A stretch of 51,580 nucleotides of DNA from Pseudomonadota bacterium (GCA_048498415.1 JBEHYA010000003.1:1-51580), one strand, 5' to 3'. Shown: positions 29,826 to 40,326, numbered from the stretch's first letter. Notes: generated by a model not told the origin, from the sequence alone. Program-made: numbers and translations.

Positions 29826-31417
29826 GCGGCCTTCCGTAAATTTTCGTGCGTTTTGACGAATTTTAGGCCGGGGTTTTCGTCAATCGTCTTATCCAAATGC
29901 CACTGGTTACGCGCCAGAAAAACGATCGCGCCATCATGGTCTTCGGCGGCGTTGCCCTTGTTCTTTTCGGCAAACGCTTTCACGGCAGCGGGGTCGCCCT
30001 CAACCCAGCGGGCAATTTCTACGCCCGCGCTTTCAAATTTAGCGGGCACGCTGTATTCGGCCTCAATACGCGCGGCCAAAACTTCAAACTGCAGTGGGCC
30101 CACCACGCCCACAATCCACTCGGCGCCCGTGAGCGGCTTGAACACCTGGCTCACGCCTTCTTCGGCGAAATGCTCTAAGGCGCGGCGTAAGTGCTTCACC
30201 TTCATCGGGTCATCTAAATGAACACGCTGCAAGACTTCCGGCGCAAAGCTGGGTACGCCGGTAAAATGAATGGCTTCGCTTTCGGTCAGGGTGTCGCCAA
30301 TGCGCAGTGTGCCGTGGTTGGGAATGCCAATAATATCGCCGGCAAAAGCGTCTTCTGCCAATTCGCGTTCGCGCGCCAGAAACATCACGGCGTTATTCAC
30401 GGCCATAATCTTGTCCGTGCGCATATGTTTTAGCTTGATGCCGCGCTTAAAATTCCCCGAACACAACCGCACAAACGCAATGCGGTCGCGGTGGTTCGGG
30501 TCCATATTCGCCTGCACCTTGAACACAAAGCCGGTCACCTTCGGTTCATCCGGCTTGATCTGGCGCTCCGCGGCAGCCTGCGGGCGCGGGGGCGGGGCGT
30601 ATTCGCCAAGGCCCAGCAGCAATTCGCGCACGCCAAAGTTGTTGATGGCGCTGCCAAAGAAAATCGGCGTCAGGTGGCCTTCGCGGTAGCTTTGAATATC
30701 GAAGGGCTTGCATAAGCCCCGCACCATCTGCACATCCTCGCGCAGTTTCTGCAATTCATCGGGCTGCAAATACTGTTCCAGCTTGGGGTCGTCCAGGCCT
30801 TTGCATTCAATGCCTTCGCTGCGCTTATCGCCCTGCGTTTTATCCATCAAAATCAGGCGGTCGCGCAGTAAATCGTAGCAGCCGCGGAAATCGCGGCCCG
30901 AGCCAATCGGCCAGCTGGCCGGTGTTACATCAAGGGCCAGCGTTTGTTCGATTTCGTCCAGCAAATCAAACGGGTCGCGCGCTTCGCGGTCCATTTTATT
31001 GATGAATGTAATAATCGGAATATCGCGCATGCGGCAGACTTCGAATAATTTTCGCGTCTGCGTTTCAATACCCTTGGCCGCGTCAATCACCATCACCGCG
31101 CTATCAACGGCTGTCAGTGTGCGATAGGTATCTTCCGAAAAATCTTCGTGGCCCGGCGTATCCAGCAGGTTGAACGCGTAATTGGAATATTCAAAGCTCA
31201 TGACCGAGGCGGTCACGGAAATACCGCGCTCGCGCTCAATCTTCATCCAGTCGGAACGCGCACGGCGCTGGTCGCCGCGGGCTTTCACGGCGCCCGCCAT
31301 CTGAATGGCGCCGCCGAACAGCAGCAGCTTTTCCGTGAGCGTGGTTTTACCCGCGTCCGGATGGGCAATGATCGCAAAAGTGCGCCGCCGCGCGATTTCG
31401 TTGTTTAAATTGGCCAT
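29822..31417 (-). CDS. prfC: Peptide chain release factor 3
   Basis: RRRTFAIIAHPDAGKTT, DTPGHEDF, NKMD, QANMDPNHRDRIAF. Confidence 0.97.
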   Translation of the reverse strand: MANLNNEIARRRTFAIIAHPDAGKTTLTEKLLLFGGAIQMAGAVKARGDQRRARSDWMKIERERGISVTASVMSFEYSNYAFNLLDTPGHEDFSEDTYRTLTAVDSAVMVIDAAKGIETQTRKLFEVCRMRDIPIITFINKMDREARDPFDLLDEIEQTLALDVTPASWPIGSGRDFRGCYDLLRDRLILMDKTQGDKRSEGIECKGLDDPKLEQYLQPDELQKLREDVQMVRGLCKPFDIQSYREGHLTPIFFGSAINNFGVRELLLGLGEYAPPPRPQAAAERQIKPDEPKVTGFVFKVQANMDPNHRDRIAFVRLCSGNFKRGIKLKHMRTDKIMAVNNAVMFLARERELAEDAFAGDIIGIPNHGTLRIGDTLTESEAIHFTGVPSFAPEVLQRVHLDDPMKVKHLRRALEHFAEEGVSQVFKPLTGAEWIVGVVGPLQFEVLAARIEAEYSVPAKFESAGVEIARWVEGDPAAVKAFAEKNKGNAAEDHDGAIVFLARNQWHLDKTIDENPGLKFVKTHENLRKAA

Positions 31418-31468
31418 ATGCGGGGCTTTGAATAAGCGGTATGGCCTGCAAACGCAAGGCTTTTGGCG

Positions 31469-32818
31469 TTAAGCCGCGCCCACAACCTTATTGCGGCCGC
31501 CTTGCTTGGCGCTATAAAGCGCGGTATCTGCCGCACGGAACAGCACATTGGCATCATCCATGCCTTTATCGGTCGCCGCCACGCCAATGCTGATGGTCAC
31601 CGGCAATTCGCGGTCGGGCTCCCGCACGGCAAAAGGCGCGCCCGCAACGCTGGACCGCAAACGTTCAGCTACGTGCATGGCGGAATCATAATTGGTATCG
31701 GGCATCACAATCGCAAACTCTTCGCCGCCCAGCCGGATCACGATATCGAAGAAGCGCAGGCCCGTATTCAGGCGTTTGACCACCTGCTGCAAAATCTGGT
31801 CGCCGGCGTGGTGGCCGTGGGTGTCGTTTATTTTTTTAAAGAAATCGATATCAACCATTACTACCGAAATCGCCTTGCCGCCGGCTTTATAGCGGTCAAA
31901 CAAGCGCGGCACGTTCTGTTCAAGGTAATGGCGGTTATATGCGCCTGTTAAAGCATCCGTGATCGCCATGGTCATATTATGTTCATACGACAGGCGCAGC
32001 TTATCATAGGTGCGCTTGTTGCGGATCTGGGTGCGCAGGCGCGCGTGCAACTCCATCGCATCGATGGGGTTGAAAATGTAATCGTTTGCGCCCAGGTCCA
32101 GCGCCTTAGCGACGCGGCCAATATCGCTTTCATCGGCGTAAATCAAAATCGGCAGGCTGCGGGTTTCTTCGTTGGCGCGCAAATTGGCGATCACTTTCAG
32201 GCAATCATCCTGACTAAGGCCCATATTCACCATCACCACATCAACGGGCTGCGCGCGTAACACATCGCGTGCCGCGCCCATATTGGTGACGGCATGCAGG
32301 TTAATCCCGGCGCGTTCAATATGCTTGGAGACCATCGCGCATTCATTCGGCTGGTCATCGATCAGCACGATGTGCACGCTCCGCAGCGTATCGACATCGA
32401 TCTCCGCGCTCGCATTGCCTTCGCGCATGCGCCATTCATCCAGCAGGCTTTTTAATCGCAGGCACGAACGCACGCGCGCCATCAGCGCCACGTCGTTGAA
32501 CGGTTTGGTCAGGAAGTCATCCGCACCGGCTTCAAGCCCCTGCACGCGGTACTGCACTTCAGAAAGCGCCGTCACCATCACCACGGGAATATGCCGGGTG
32601 GCGGTGTCCGCCTTGATTTTGGTGCAGACCTCAAAGCCGTCCATTTCCGGCATCTGCACGTCCAGCAAAATCAAATCCGGCTTTTCTTCCTGCGCCATTT
32701 TCAGCGCATCGGCGCCGTTTTCGGCGGTGAGCACGGTATAATATTCGCGGCTTAACTTCGCCGCCAGCAGCTTGACGTTAAGGGGGTTATCATCGACGAC
32801 AAGAATACGCGCTGACAT
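31469..32818 (-). CDS. pleD: Response regulator/diguanylate cyclase PleD
   Basis: MSARILVVDD, REC + pseudo-REC + GGEEF with RxxD I-site; directly downstream of divK. Confidence 0.9.
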   Translation of the reverse strand: MSARILVVDDNPLNVKLLAAKLSREYYTVLTAENGADALKMAQEEKPDLILLDVQMPEMDGFEVCTKIKADTATRHIPVVMVTALSEVQYRVQGLEAGADDFLTKPFNDVALMARVRSCLRLKSLLDEWRMREGNASAEIDVDTLRSVHIVLIDDQPNECAMVSKHIERAGINLHAVTNMGAARDVLRAQPVDVVMVNMGLSQDDCLKVIANLRANEETRSLPILIYADESDIGRVAKALDLGANDYIFNPIDAMELHARLRTQIRNKRTYDKLRLSYEHNMTMAITDALTGAYNRHYLEQNVPRLFDRYKAGGKAISVVMVDIDFFKKINDTHGHHAGDQILQQVVKRLNTGLRFFDIVIRLGGEEFAIVMPDTNYDSAMHVAERLRSSVAGAPFAVREPDRELPVTISIGVAATDKGMDDANVLFRAADTALYSAKQGGRNKVVGAA

Positions 32819-32825
32819 GGGTTCC

Positions 32826-33221
32826 TTAACCTAAATACGAACTGGTCTTTTGCAGGAAGCTGCTCACCGAAATTGGCTTGGACAAGTAATCATCGCAGCC
32901 ACTGGTGCGGATACGTTCTTCATCGCCCTTCATGGCAAACGCCGTAATCGCAATGATGGGCACCTGCGCAATTTCCGGGTCGGCCTTGATCATCCTGATC
33001 ACATCGAAGCCGGAGATTTCAGGCAGCTGGATATCCATCAAAATCAAATTCGGTTTTTCGCTATGGGCAAGACGCTGCGCTTCCGCGCCGTTCCGCGTCT
33101 CGACAATGCGGTGCCCGCGCGAGCTGAGCAGGTCGCGGAACAGCTTCGCGTTCAGTTCATTATCCTCGACGATGAGGACGGTTTTTCCGCTGGGGCCGGA
33201 CGTCATGGCGGGGCGACTCAA
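32826..33221 (-). CDS. divK: Single-domain response regulator DivK
   Basis: KTVLIVEDNELNAKLFRDLL, LMDIQLPEISG, TAFAMKGDEERI; operon with pleD. Confidence 0.88.
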   Translation of the reverse strand: MSRPAMTSGPSGKTVLIVEDNELNAKLFRDLLSSRGHRIVETRNGAEAQRLAHSEKPNLILMDIQLPEISGFDVIRMIKADPEIAQVPIIAITAFAMKGDEERIRTSGCDDYLSKPISVSSFLQKTSSYLG

Positions 33222-33327
33222 AAGACACGGGAAGGGCTAACCGAGTGATGCCCTAACAATCGCAAGGATAGGTTAAGAATGTGCTGATGGTGTGGCTTTG
33301 CTTGGAAATATGCGGTGCCGGAATAAA

Positions 33328-34254
33328 TTATTCCAGTGACGCAACAGCAGGGGCCTTGCACTTGGAAGGCGGCAGCGATTCCACGTTCACCAGCTCGGCT
33401 TTCATGGCGAAATCGCCGTAATCGATGGTCATGCTCTTCATGATGCCATTTTCCAGCAGCACCATATCCATTTCATAATCCGGCTGGCCATTGCCTTTGC
33501 TGTCGGGGGCGAAGAACGCCATGCGAATGGGCCAGGCTTTACCTTTAAGCAGCGGATTACCCGCCAACCCGCCCGTGGCTGCCGTTTTTTCCATAATAGA
33601 AGGTTCAATCGGCGCCGCGATGAACGAGCTCACTTCATTCAGCCCCTGATCATCCGCGCCGTCAAACACGTTGGTGGCGAAAAACTTCTCGCCGTTCTTG
33701 GCGTGGGTCAGCAGTTCCAGCGTGTGGTGCGCGGGGAAGGTGGTCGCGGAAGAAAACTGCAGTTTCTTGTCGGCGCCGGCATTGAAGCTGGCTTCGCCAA
33801 AACTGCCCGCGGCATTGCCGATATGCGCGCTGCCGCGAATGACTTCCGTGGGGTCTTTATCGGTGGTGTGCGCCGAACGGTAAATATAGTTGCTGCCGTC
33901 CTTGGCTTCGCGCGCAATCAACGAACTGGTGGTGGTGCTGGCATCGCCTTCGCCATAAAAGAAGCGCACGATCATTTTCTGCTCGACATTCCAGTCGTTG
34001 CAGTCGTCGGCCCACGAATAATACATGCGGCCGTCAATGTCGCTCATGGTGCCGCCGTTCTTTGTGGGCGCCATGCTGATCTTATATATCGCGCGGTGGG
34101 GAATAAGCGTGACGCTATTCAGCGCCGCGCCGGCAACGGGGTCTTTTGAAATGTCGGAAGATTGGGCGGCGTTAACCGGGTGAGAGGCGCTCAGCGCTAA
34201 TCCAAGAATTGCAAGCGCCGGTATTTTTAAGAATTCATTAGCCTTGTAAGCCAT
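33328..34254 (-). CDS. eipB: Cell envelope integrity EipB (DUF1849) family protein
   Basis: Signal peptide; LIPHRAIY, GRMYY...C, VFDG, WPIRMAFF, PDYE, ENG...IDYGDF, C-terminal Cys. Confidence 0.78.
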   Translation of the reverse strand: MAYKANEFLKIPALAILGLALSASHPVNAAQSSDISKDPVAGAALNSVTLIPHRAIYKISMAPTKNGGTMSDIDGRMYYSWADDCNDWNVEQKMIVRFFYGEGDASTTTSSLIAREAKDGSNYIYRSAHTTDKDPTEVIRGSAHIGNAAGSFGEASFNAGADKKLQFSSATTFPAHHTLELLTHAKNGEKFFATNVFDGADDQGLNEVSSFIAAPIEPSIMEKTAATGGLAGNPLLKGKAWPIRMAFFAPDSKGNGQPDYEMDMVLLENGIMKSMTIDYGDFAMKAELVNVESLPPSKCKAPAVASLE

Positions 34255-34483
34255 CTCGTCCAGTTCACTCCTTAATCATAAGTATGCCGGTAAAAAGTTA
34301 AGCAAAGTTTTAGCGATCGGATTATTTCGCAATAAATCAAAGGCCTATGGCCAAAAATTCACATCCCTGAAGCGGCAATTTCTGCCTTGAAGGTTACTTG
34401 GGGAAGGGAATGCCTTATTGGGCATTTTGCGTCGAATCGAATAATTACGCTGCCGATTCAAAAGCTTGGCCCCATCTGAAAAC

Positions 34484-34500
34484 TTGGCATACCCCTTGCA
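34484..34500 (+). promoter_or_regulatory. Putative sigma54 (-24/-12) promoter
   Basis: TTGGCATACCCCTTGCA: GG-N10-GC, ending 35 nt upstream of the ATG, with a GAGGAG RBS in between. Confidence 0.6.
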
Positions 34501-34535
34501 ATTCTCGAGTCGACTGAACGAGGAGTCGACAAACA

Positions 34536-35207
34536 ATGCCCACTCAGACCGCGCTTACCTCTGCCACCCATGACGGCGCCTTTGCCGCCACCATGCAGGA
34601 AGCCATGCCCGCCAGCCTGATGACCCGTAGCAAGGTCATGGATATGGAGCAGGCCCTTAGCCTGATCGCCGAGGCCGATGAAATGATCCTGGCGCAGCGC
34701 CGCCGCATCGCCTACCTCGAAACCCTTTCCTTAAGCGATGAAGTCACCGGCCTCATGAACCGCCGCGGCTTTATGAGCGCACTCCACCGCGAACTGTCGC
34801 AGGCCAAACGCGAACCGCAGGCCAATGGCGTTTTGATTATCTTCGATCTCGATAATTTCAAGCAGATCAACGATACCCACGGCCATGCTGCGGGCGATGC
34901 GTACCTTGCCGCTTTCGCCGCCGCCCTGGCCGCCGAAGTCCGCCCGTCCGATGTGGTCGCGCGTTTGGGCGGCGATGAATTCGCCGTGCTGCTTACCCGC
35001 GCTGCCGCCAAGCCCGGCATGGCGCGTGCCGCGACAATCGTGCGCAATTTAAACGGTAAAAGCATGACCTGGCGCAATTCGGTGCTGCCGCTCCGCGCCA
35101 GCGCCGGCGTCGCCACCTACACGGGCCGCGATATCGCCGAAGCCGTCATGGTCTCCGCCGACCTCCGCTTATATGCCAACAAGCAGAAACGGAAAGCGGG
35201 CCGGTAA
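34536..35207 (+). CDS. Diguanylate cyclase (coiled coil + GGDEF)
   Basis: DEVTGLMNRR, DLDNFKQINDTHGHAAGD, RPSD I-site, RLGGDEF. Confidence 0.92.
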   Translation: MPTQTALTSATHDGAFAATMQEAMPASLMTRSKVMDMEQALSLIAEADEMILAQRRRIAYLETLSLSDEVTGLMNRRGFMSALHRELSQAKREPQANGVLIIFDLDNFKQINDTHGHAAGDAYLAAFAAALAAEVRPSDVVARLGGDEFAVLLTRAAAKPGMARAATIVRNLNGKSMTWRNSVLPLRASAGVATYTGRDIAEAVMVSADLRLYANKQKRKAGR

Positions 35208-35213
35208 CAAGTT

Positions 35214-35304
35214 TGTCATCCCGGAAGCGCGCTTGCGCTATCCGGGATCCCATTTGGTTTCGGATAGAAATTAAATGGGATCCCGCATCAAGTGCGGGAT
35301 GACA
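35214..35304. repeat. REP/REPIN-like element, subfamily D
   Basis: TGTCATCCCGGA...TCCGGGATCCCATTT...AAATGGGATCCCGCATCAAGTGCGGGATGACA. Confidence 0.8.
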
Positions 35305-35333
35305 GTGAAGAAGGTGTTGTGATTGGTGTTACC

Positions 35334-35449
35334 CCCTTCCAGAGGCAGGGGTCCATTCCTCGTATAGAGGTCGTAGCGCGAAGAATCTCCCCGCCTTTCG
35401 TGCTCCCTCTCTCCCCAAATGGGGAATGGGCCCCTGCGTGTGGAAGGGG
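35334..35449. repeat. Long imperfect inverted repeat (distinct palindromic element)
   Basis: CCCCTTCCAGAGGCAGGGGTCCATTCCTC pairs with GGGGAATGGGCCCCTGCGTGTGGAAGGGG. Confidence 0.65.
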
Positions 35450-35511
35450 TTTTTATTTTTACCACTCCCGCAAGGGGCTTTGCACAAAAAACCCTCGCCC
35501 CAGTCTATCCG

Positions 35512-35605
35512 CGTCATCCCCGCGAAGGCGGGGATCCACGATAGGCCATTAAACAAGGCCTTCGTCAGGGGGCCTGCCGTGGATGCCCGCCGTCGCGGGC
35601 ATGAC
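35512..35605. repeat. REP/REPIN-like element, subfamily A, nested in an outer inverted repeat
   Basis: Near-identical to 18-110; flanked by GGGGCTTTGCACAAAAAACCC (35474-35494) and GGGTTTTTATGCAAAGCTCCC (35610-35630). Confidence 0.85.
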
Positions 35606-35644
35606 AGCCGGGTTTTTATGCAAAGCTCCCGGGGGAATTTTAAA

Positions 35645-36757
35645 CTAGCCGTTCCACCCGCACCGCATGCCATGCTGCATCCAGCCCATGGCGGCCTGCA
35701 CCATGTTGGGTTGCGGGCGGGTCGGGGCGTCGGCATCGGGCACGCGCAAAACCAGCGTATTGTCGGGCTGGCTGCCCAATTCCTGGTTGGTCACTTCAAA
35801 TGTCGCGCTCATTTTATACGCCAGCACATCCATGGCTTCGGTCGGCGTATAGCTGCCGGGAAGGCCAAGACTTTTGTCGGCGTTAAATTTATATGATGGT
35901 TCATTACCATATACCGCCGGGTTGCTGGCCAGCAACCCGTGGTGGTTCGCATCAATTAAATCATACAGCGGCTTATCCGTGCATTCATCGCCGTAATTGG
36001 TCGCCACCATTAAGGCTGTGAGCGGCAGGTTGTGCATCAGGTAATTCAACCCCGCCACTTTGGTGGGGCTGAGCAAAAGAATATTCGGGTTGTGCCGGCT
36101 TAATGTCAGCGTGTTGTGATGGATGGTTTCAATAGCCGCAAATGTCTGCGCGACCGTGCTTTGCAGGAATTCGGCATCGGTGTTGTTCGGGCCGGTTTGA
36201 TTGAACATCAAATAATCCAGCTGCTTGCGCGTCAAATTCGCAGCCGCCACCGCTTTGCCGTCAATCGTAAAGCTCACCGGAATGCGTTGAAGAAGTTCCA
36301 GTGTCCGGTCGGCGATGCCTTCATACGCCGTGCCCTTGCGGTCGCTGAACTGAAACACGCCGCGAAAATCGCTGCCCGCGCGGTCGCGGTTAAAGCCGGT
36401 GCGCGTTTCGATCGTGGCAAGGCCCATCAGCGCGGTGAACACATATTCATCGCCAAGCAGAATGTCATTCGGCGTGCCTGCGCTGGCCGTTTTCCATAAT
36501 TTAAAGCTGTTCGCAATCACGCGGCGGGTTTTCTGGCAAATTGCGTCGGTGCACGCGCTCAAGGGCGTTGTCACCAACGGGCCGCGGCCATGAAACCAGC
36601 GCGCAATATCTTTGCCGGCCGTCAATTCAAGGGCGCCGTAGCTTGCCGCAAGCAAGGTCAACGCGCCTACGCTTTTTCTGTTTTGCGCAAGCCATGCCAG
36701 CGCGGCCTGCACAGGCGCGAGGCGGGTGTCATTGAGTGGGGCGGGAACATTCACCAT
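35645..36757 (-). CDS. Hypothetical protein with putative SLT/lysozyme-like domain
   Basis: N-terminal hydrophobic segment; LATIETRTGFN...FRGVFQF and YLMHN resemble SLT motifs. Confidence 0.6.
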   Translation of the reverse strand: MVNVPAPLNDTRLAPVQAALAWLAQNRKSVGALTLLAASYGALELTAGKDIARWFHGRGPLVTTPLSACTDAICQKTRRVIANSFKLWKTASAGTPNDILLGDEYVFTALMGLATIETRTGFNRDRAGSDFRGVFQFSDRKGTAYEGIADRTLELLQRIPVSFTIDGKAVAAANLTRKQLDYLMFNQTGPNNTDAEFLQSTVAQTFAAIETIHHNTLTLSRHNPNILLLSPTKVAGLNYLMHNLPLTALMVATNYGDECTDKPLYDLIDANHHGLLASNPAVYGNEPSYKFNADKSLGLPGSYTPTEAMDVLAYKMSATFEVTNQELGSQPDNTLVLRVPDADAPTRPQPNMVQAAMGWMQHGMRCGWNG

Positions 36758-36804
36758 AGCCGCCAGAATAGGCGATTTTGGCGAAATTAAAAAAGGGCGG
36801 TTTA

Positions 36805-37254
36805 TTACGGCAGATTGCCGAGGCGGTCATCCATATAGGCCCGCGGATTGGCCGAAATGCCATGGCAGAGCTGGCCGTATTTATCCAGGAACGCATCCAG
36901 ATAAACGCACTTGTTGCCGGCCTCCGCCAGCATCTGCGCCTTGCGGTTCTGGGCGACTTCATTGAACGCGGTTTTGGCCGAGCCGCCTATCAGGCCTTCG
37001 CGGCGATAGGTTTCCTTGGCGGCGTCCGTCAGGTCATCGGCGGCGGCAAGCGCGGCGCTGGATTGCGCTGTCTTTCGTTTGGCCAGCGTCTGAATGCAGC
37101 TGCCGGCAATCGTATAATACATCGCGCAATTGATGAAATCGGCCGCCACGTTGTCATAGGCCGGTTTGCGGTTGCCGCCATACCCCTGGCCGGCCTGCTG
37201 GGCATAAGCCGGCACGGCTATCGCTATCATGATCAGGGCAATAATCAGGCGCAT
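36805..37254 (-). CDS. Hypothetical secreted helical protein with four Cys
   Basis: Signal peptide MRLIIALIMIAIAVPAYA; GAGG RBS; co-oriented downstream of aspS. Confidence 0.7.
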   Translation of the reverse strand: MRLIIALIMIAIAVPAYAQQAGQGYGGNRKPAYDNVAADFINCAMYYTIAGSCIQTLAKRKTAQSSAALAAADDLTDAAKETYRREGLIGGSAKTAFNEVAQNRKAQMLAEAGNKCVYLDAFLDKYGQLCHGISANPRAYMDDRLGNLP

Positions 37255-37303
37255 CTCATACCTCTATCACACCACTGCAATCTACGCGCCAATTGCGGCG
37301 GTT

Positions 37304-39115
37304 TTACGCCGCGCTCGCCTTTTTGACCGGGATATCCAGTTTGATGTGCAGTTCCTTCAAACGGGCTACATCCACGGTATTTGGCGCCTGCATCATCAAA
37401 TCTTCCGCGCGCTGATTGAGCGGGAAGGCGATGATCTCGCGGATATTGGGTTCCTCCGCCAGCAGCATCACAATGCGGTCGATGCCGGGCGCCGAGCCGC
37501 CGTGGGGCGGTGCGCCCAGCTTCATGGCGGAGAGCATACCGCCAAACCGGCTTTCTAAATCGGCTGCGCTATAACCCGCAATCGCAAACGCCTTATACAT
37601 CACTTCCGGCAAATGGTTACGGATCGCACCCGACGATAATTCAACGCCGTTGCATACAATATCATACTGGAATGCTTTGATATCCAGCGGGTCCATCTCG
37701 TTCAGCGCTTTCAGGCCGCCTTGGGGCATGGAGAACGGGTTGTGCGAGAAGTCGATCTTCTGCGTTTCTTCGTTCAGTTCATACATCGGGAAGTCCACCA
37801 CCCAGCACAGGCGGAAGGCGTTCTTTTCATATAAATCCAGTTCCTGGCCAATTTTGTTGCGCGCCGCGCCGGCCATCTTGGCGGCCACCAGCGGCTTGTC
37901 GCATACAAAGAACACCGCATCGCCGCTCTCGCACTTACTGGTCGCACGCAATGCCTTCTGCGCTTCGACGGGTAGGAACTTGGCAATGGGGCCTTTGCCT
38001 TCTTCGCCTTCAAACAGAATGTAGCCCAGACCCGGTGCGCCGATTTCCTTGGCCCAGTCGTTCAGCTTATCGAAGAAGCTGCGTGGGCGATCTTTCACGG
38101 CTGGCGCGCGAATGGCACGCACCACGCCGCCGGTTTCAATCTGGCTCTTGAACGCGCGGAAGGTCACGTCATCGCGCTTGAACACATCCGTCACATCGCA
38201 CACGATCAGCGGGTTGCGCAGATCCGGCTTGTCTGAACCATATTTCAACATCGCATCCGCATAGGTAATGCGGGGGAAGGGGGCGGCCGTCACGGCCGGC
38301 TTCGTCTCGCGGCGGAAGGAACCGAATTTATCGAATACGCCCGCCAACACTGGCTCGATGGCCGCAAACACATCTTCCTGGCCTACGAACGACATTTCAA
38401 AATCGAGCTGGTAGAATTCACCGGGTGAACGGTCGGCGCGGCTGTCTTCATCGCGGAAGCACGGCGCAATCTGGAAATACCGGTCAAAGCCCGCCATCAT
38501 CAGCAACTGTTTGAATTGTTGCGGCGCCTGCGGCAGTGCGTAGAACTTGCCGGGGTGCATGCGGCTTGGTACCAGAAAGTCGCGCGCGCCTTCCGGGCTG
38601 GAGCTGGTAAGGATCGGCGTCTGGAATTCGTGGAAGCCCTGATCGATCATCTTCTGGCGGATGAACGAAATCACATCCGACCGCAGCACGATGTTTTCCT
38701 GCATCTTCTTGCGGCGTAAATCCAAAAAGCGGTAGCGCAAACGCACATCTTCGCCCGCATCTTCTTCCGAATTCACCTGCAGGGGCAGCGGTTCCGCCGC
38801 GCCCAGAATTTCATGCGCCGAAATATCCAGTTCCACTTCGCCGGTAGGCAGCTTGGTGTTTTTGGTCTCGTCGGGCCGCGCCACCACTTTCCCGGTAAAA
38901 CTCACCACCGATTCCAGCTTCAGGGCTTCAATCGATTTGAACAGGGGGCTGGATTGATCAATCACGCATTGGGTGAGGCCGTAATGGTCGCGGAGGTCAA
39001 TAAACAGCAGGCTGCCGTGGTCGCGTTTGCGGTGGATCCAGCCGGCCAGCTTAACGGTTTCGCCGATGTGGCTCGCGCGGATATCCCCGCAGCGGTGGGA
39101 ACGATAGGCGTGCAT
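37304..39115 (-). CDS. aspS: Aspartate--tRNA ligase (probably non-discriminating Asp/Asn)
   Basis: RDHG OB-fold, [35 protein letters not shown]. Confidence 0.97.
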   Translation of the reverse strand: MHAYRSHRCGDIRASHIGETVKLAGWIHRKRDHGSLLFIDLRDHYGLTQCVIDQSSPLFKSIEALKLESVVSFTGKVVARPDETKNTKLPTGEVELDISAHEILGAAEPLPLQVNSEEDAGEDVRLRYRFLDLRRKKMQENIVLRSDVISFIRQKMIDQGFHEFQTPILTSSSPEGARDFLVPSRMHPGKFYALPQAPQQFKQLLMMAGFDRYFQIAPCFRDEDSRADRSPGEFYQLDFEMSFVGQEDVFAAIEPVLAGVFDKFGSFRRETKPAVTAAPFPRITYADAMLKYGSDKPDLRNPLIVCDVTDVFKRDDVTFRAFKSQIETGGVVRAIRAPAVKDRPRSFFDKLNDWAKEIGAPGLGYILFEGEEGKGPIAKFLPVEAQKALRATSKCESGDAVFFVCDKPLVAAKMAGAARNKIGQELDLYEKNAFRLCWVVDFPMYELNEETQKIDFSHNPFSMPQGGLKALNEMDPLDIKAFQYDIVCNGVELSSGAIRNHLPEVMYKAFAIAGYSAADLESRFGGMLSAMKLGAPPHGGSAPGIDRIVMLLAEEPNIREIIAFPLNQRAEDLMMQAPNTVDVARLKELHIKLDIPVKKASAA

Positions 39116-39180
39116 ATGATTTATCTGTTCAAATAAGGTGGAATAGGGGATAAACGGCCATTATTTATAAAGGGTTCCCC

Positions 39181-40326
39181 GTGCTTATCAACACGAATGA
39201 TGCGTTAGTTGCATTCTGCCAAAAGGTGGAAAAAAGCCGTTATCTCACGGTGGATACGGAATTTATGCGCGACCGCACCTATTGGCCCAGGCTCTGCCTG
39301 GTTCAGGTGGCGGGCGATAATGATATCGCGGCCATCGACCCCTTGGCCGACGGCATCGACCTAGCGCCCTTATTCGCGCTCCTCAAAGACCCCAAAATTC
39401 TCAAAGTCTTCCACGCTGCGCGGCAGGATCTGGAAATTTTCTATAACCTCACCGGTGAAGTCCCCGCGCCCATTGCCGACAGCCAGGTCATGGCCATGGT
39501 CTGCGGTTTCGGCGATAGCGTGAGTTACGAAACGCTCGTCTCAAAACTTGCCAAAGCTTCAATCGACAAAACCTCCCGCTTCACGGATTGGAGCGCGCGG
39601 CCCCTAAGCGAGCGCCAGCTTTCCTACGCGCTCGATGACGTGCGTTATCTTCGCCCCGTCTTCGATAAACTGGAAGAACAGGTCAAAAAACAAAACCGCG
39701 GCGACTGGCTCACGGAAGAAATGGCCATCCTGGAAAGCCCCGCCACCTACAAGCTGGAACCAAACGAAGCCTGGCGCCGCCTCAAAGCCCGCATCGACAA
39801 GCCCAAGCACTTCATGCTGCTGAAAGCCCTGGCGGCGTGGCGTGAACGCGATGCGCAGCGCATCGATATCCCGCGCAACCGCGTGCTGCGTGATGAGGCG
39901 CTGCTGGAAATCGTCTATCACGCGCCGCAATCGATTGAAGATTTATCCCGCGTGCGCGGCTTTTCTGCCGATATGGCCAAAGGCCGCATGGGCGCTGGCA
40001 TTCTCGCCGTGATCAAGGAAGCCCTCGCGCAAACGCCGGAGCCACTGCCCAATGATTTCAAGCGCAAAATTCTTCCCGGCAACATTGCGCCCGTGGCTGA
40101 CCTGCTGCGCGTACTGTTGAAGTCGGTCGCGGATGAACAGAACATCGCGCCGAAACTTCTTGCTAGCGCCGCTGATCTGGATGAGCTTGCCGCCGATGAC
40201 AACGCCGACATCCCCGCCGCCCATGGCTGGCGCCGCGAGGTGTTTGGCGCCCGCGCCATCGATCTCAAGCATGGCAAGTTGGCCATCAAGCTGGAAAACA
40301 ACCGCGTGAAATTTGTAACGCTTTAG
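39181..40326 (+). CDS. rnd: Ribonuclease D
   Basis: VDTEFMRDRTYWPRLCLVQ, FHAARQD, TDWSARPL, YALDDV, HRDC domain. Confidence 0.95.
   Translation: MLINTNDALVAFCQKVEKSRYLTVDTEFMRDRTYWPRLCLVQVAGDNDIAAIDPLADGIDLAPLFALLKDPKILKVFHAARQDLEIFYNLTGEVPAPIADSQVMAMVCGFGDSVSYETLVSKLAKASIDKTSRFTDWSARPLSERQLSYALDDVRYLRPVFDKLEEQVKKQNRGDWLTEEMAILESPATYKLEPNEAWRRLKARIDKPKHFMLLKALAAWRERDAQRIDIPRNRVLRDEALLEIVYHAPQSIEDLSRVRGFSADMAKGRMGAGILAVIKEALAQTPEPLPNDFKRKILPGNIAPVADLLRVLLKSVADEQNIAPKLLASAADLDELAADDNADIPAAHGWRREVFGARAIDLKHGKLAIKLENNRVKFVTL

Noticed and set aside
35271-35896. ORFs containing WIPAFAGMT or VIPAKAGIH peptides (also 2454-2735 and 6957-7298)
   Set aside because: These are translations of the REP palindromes, not supported genes
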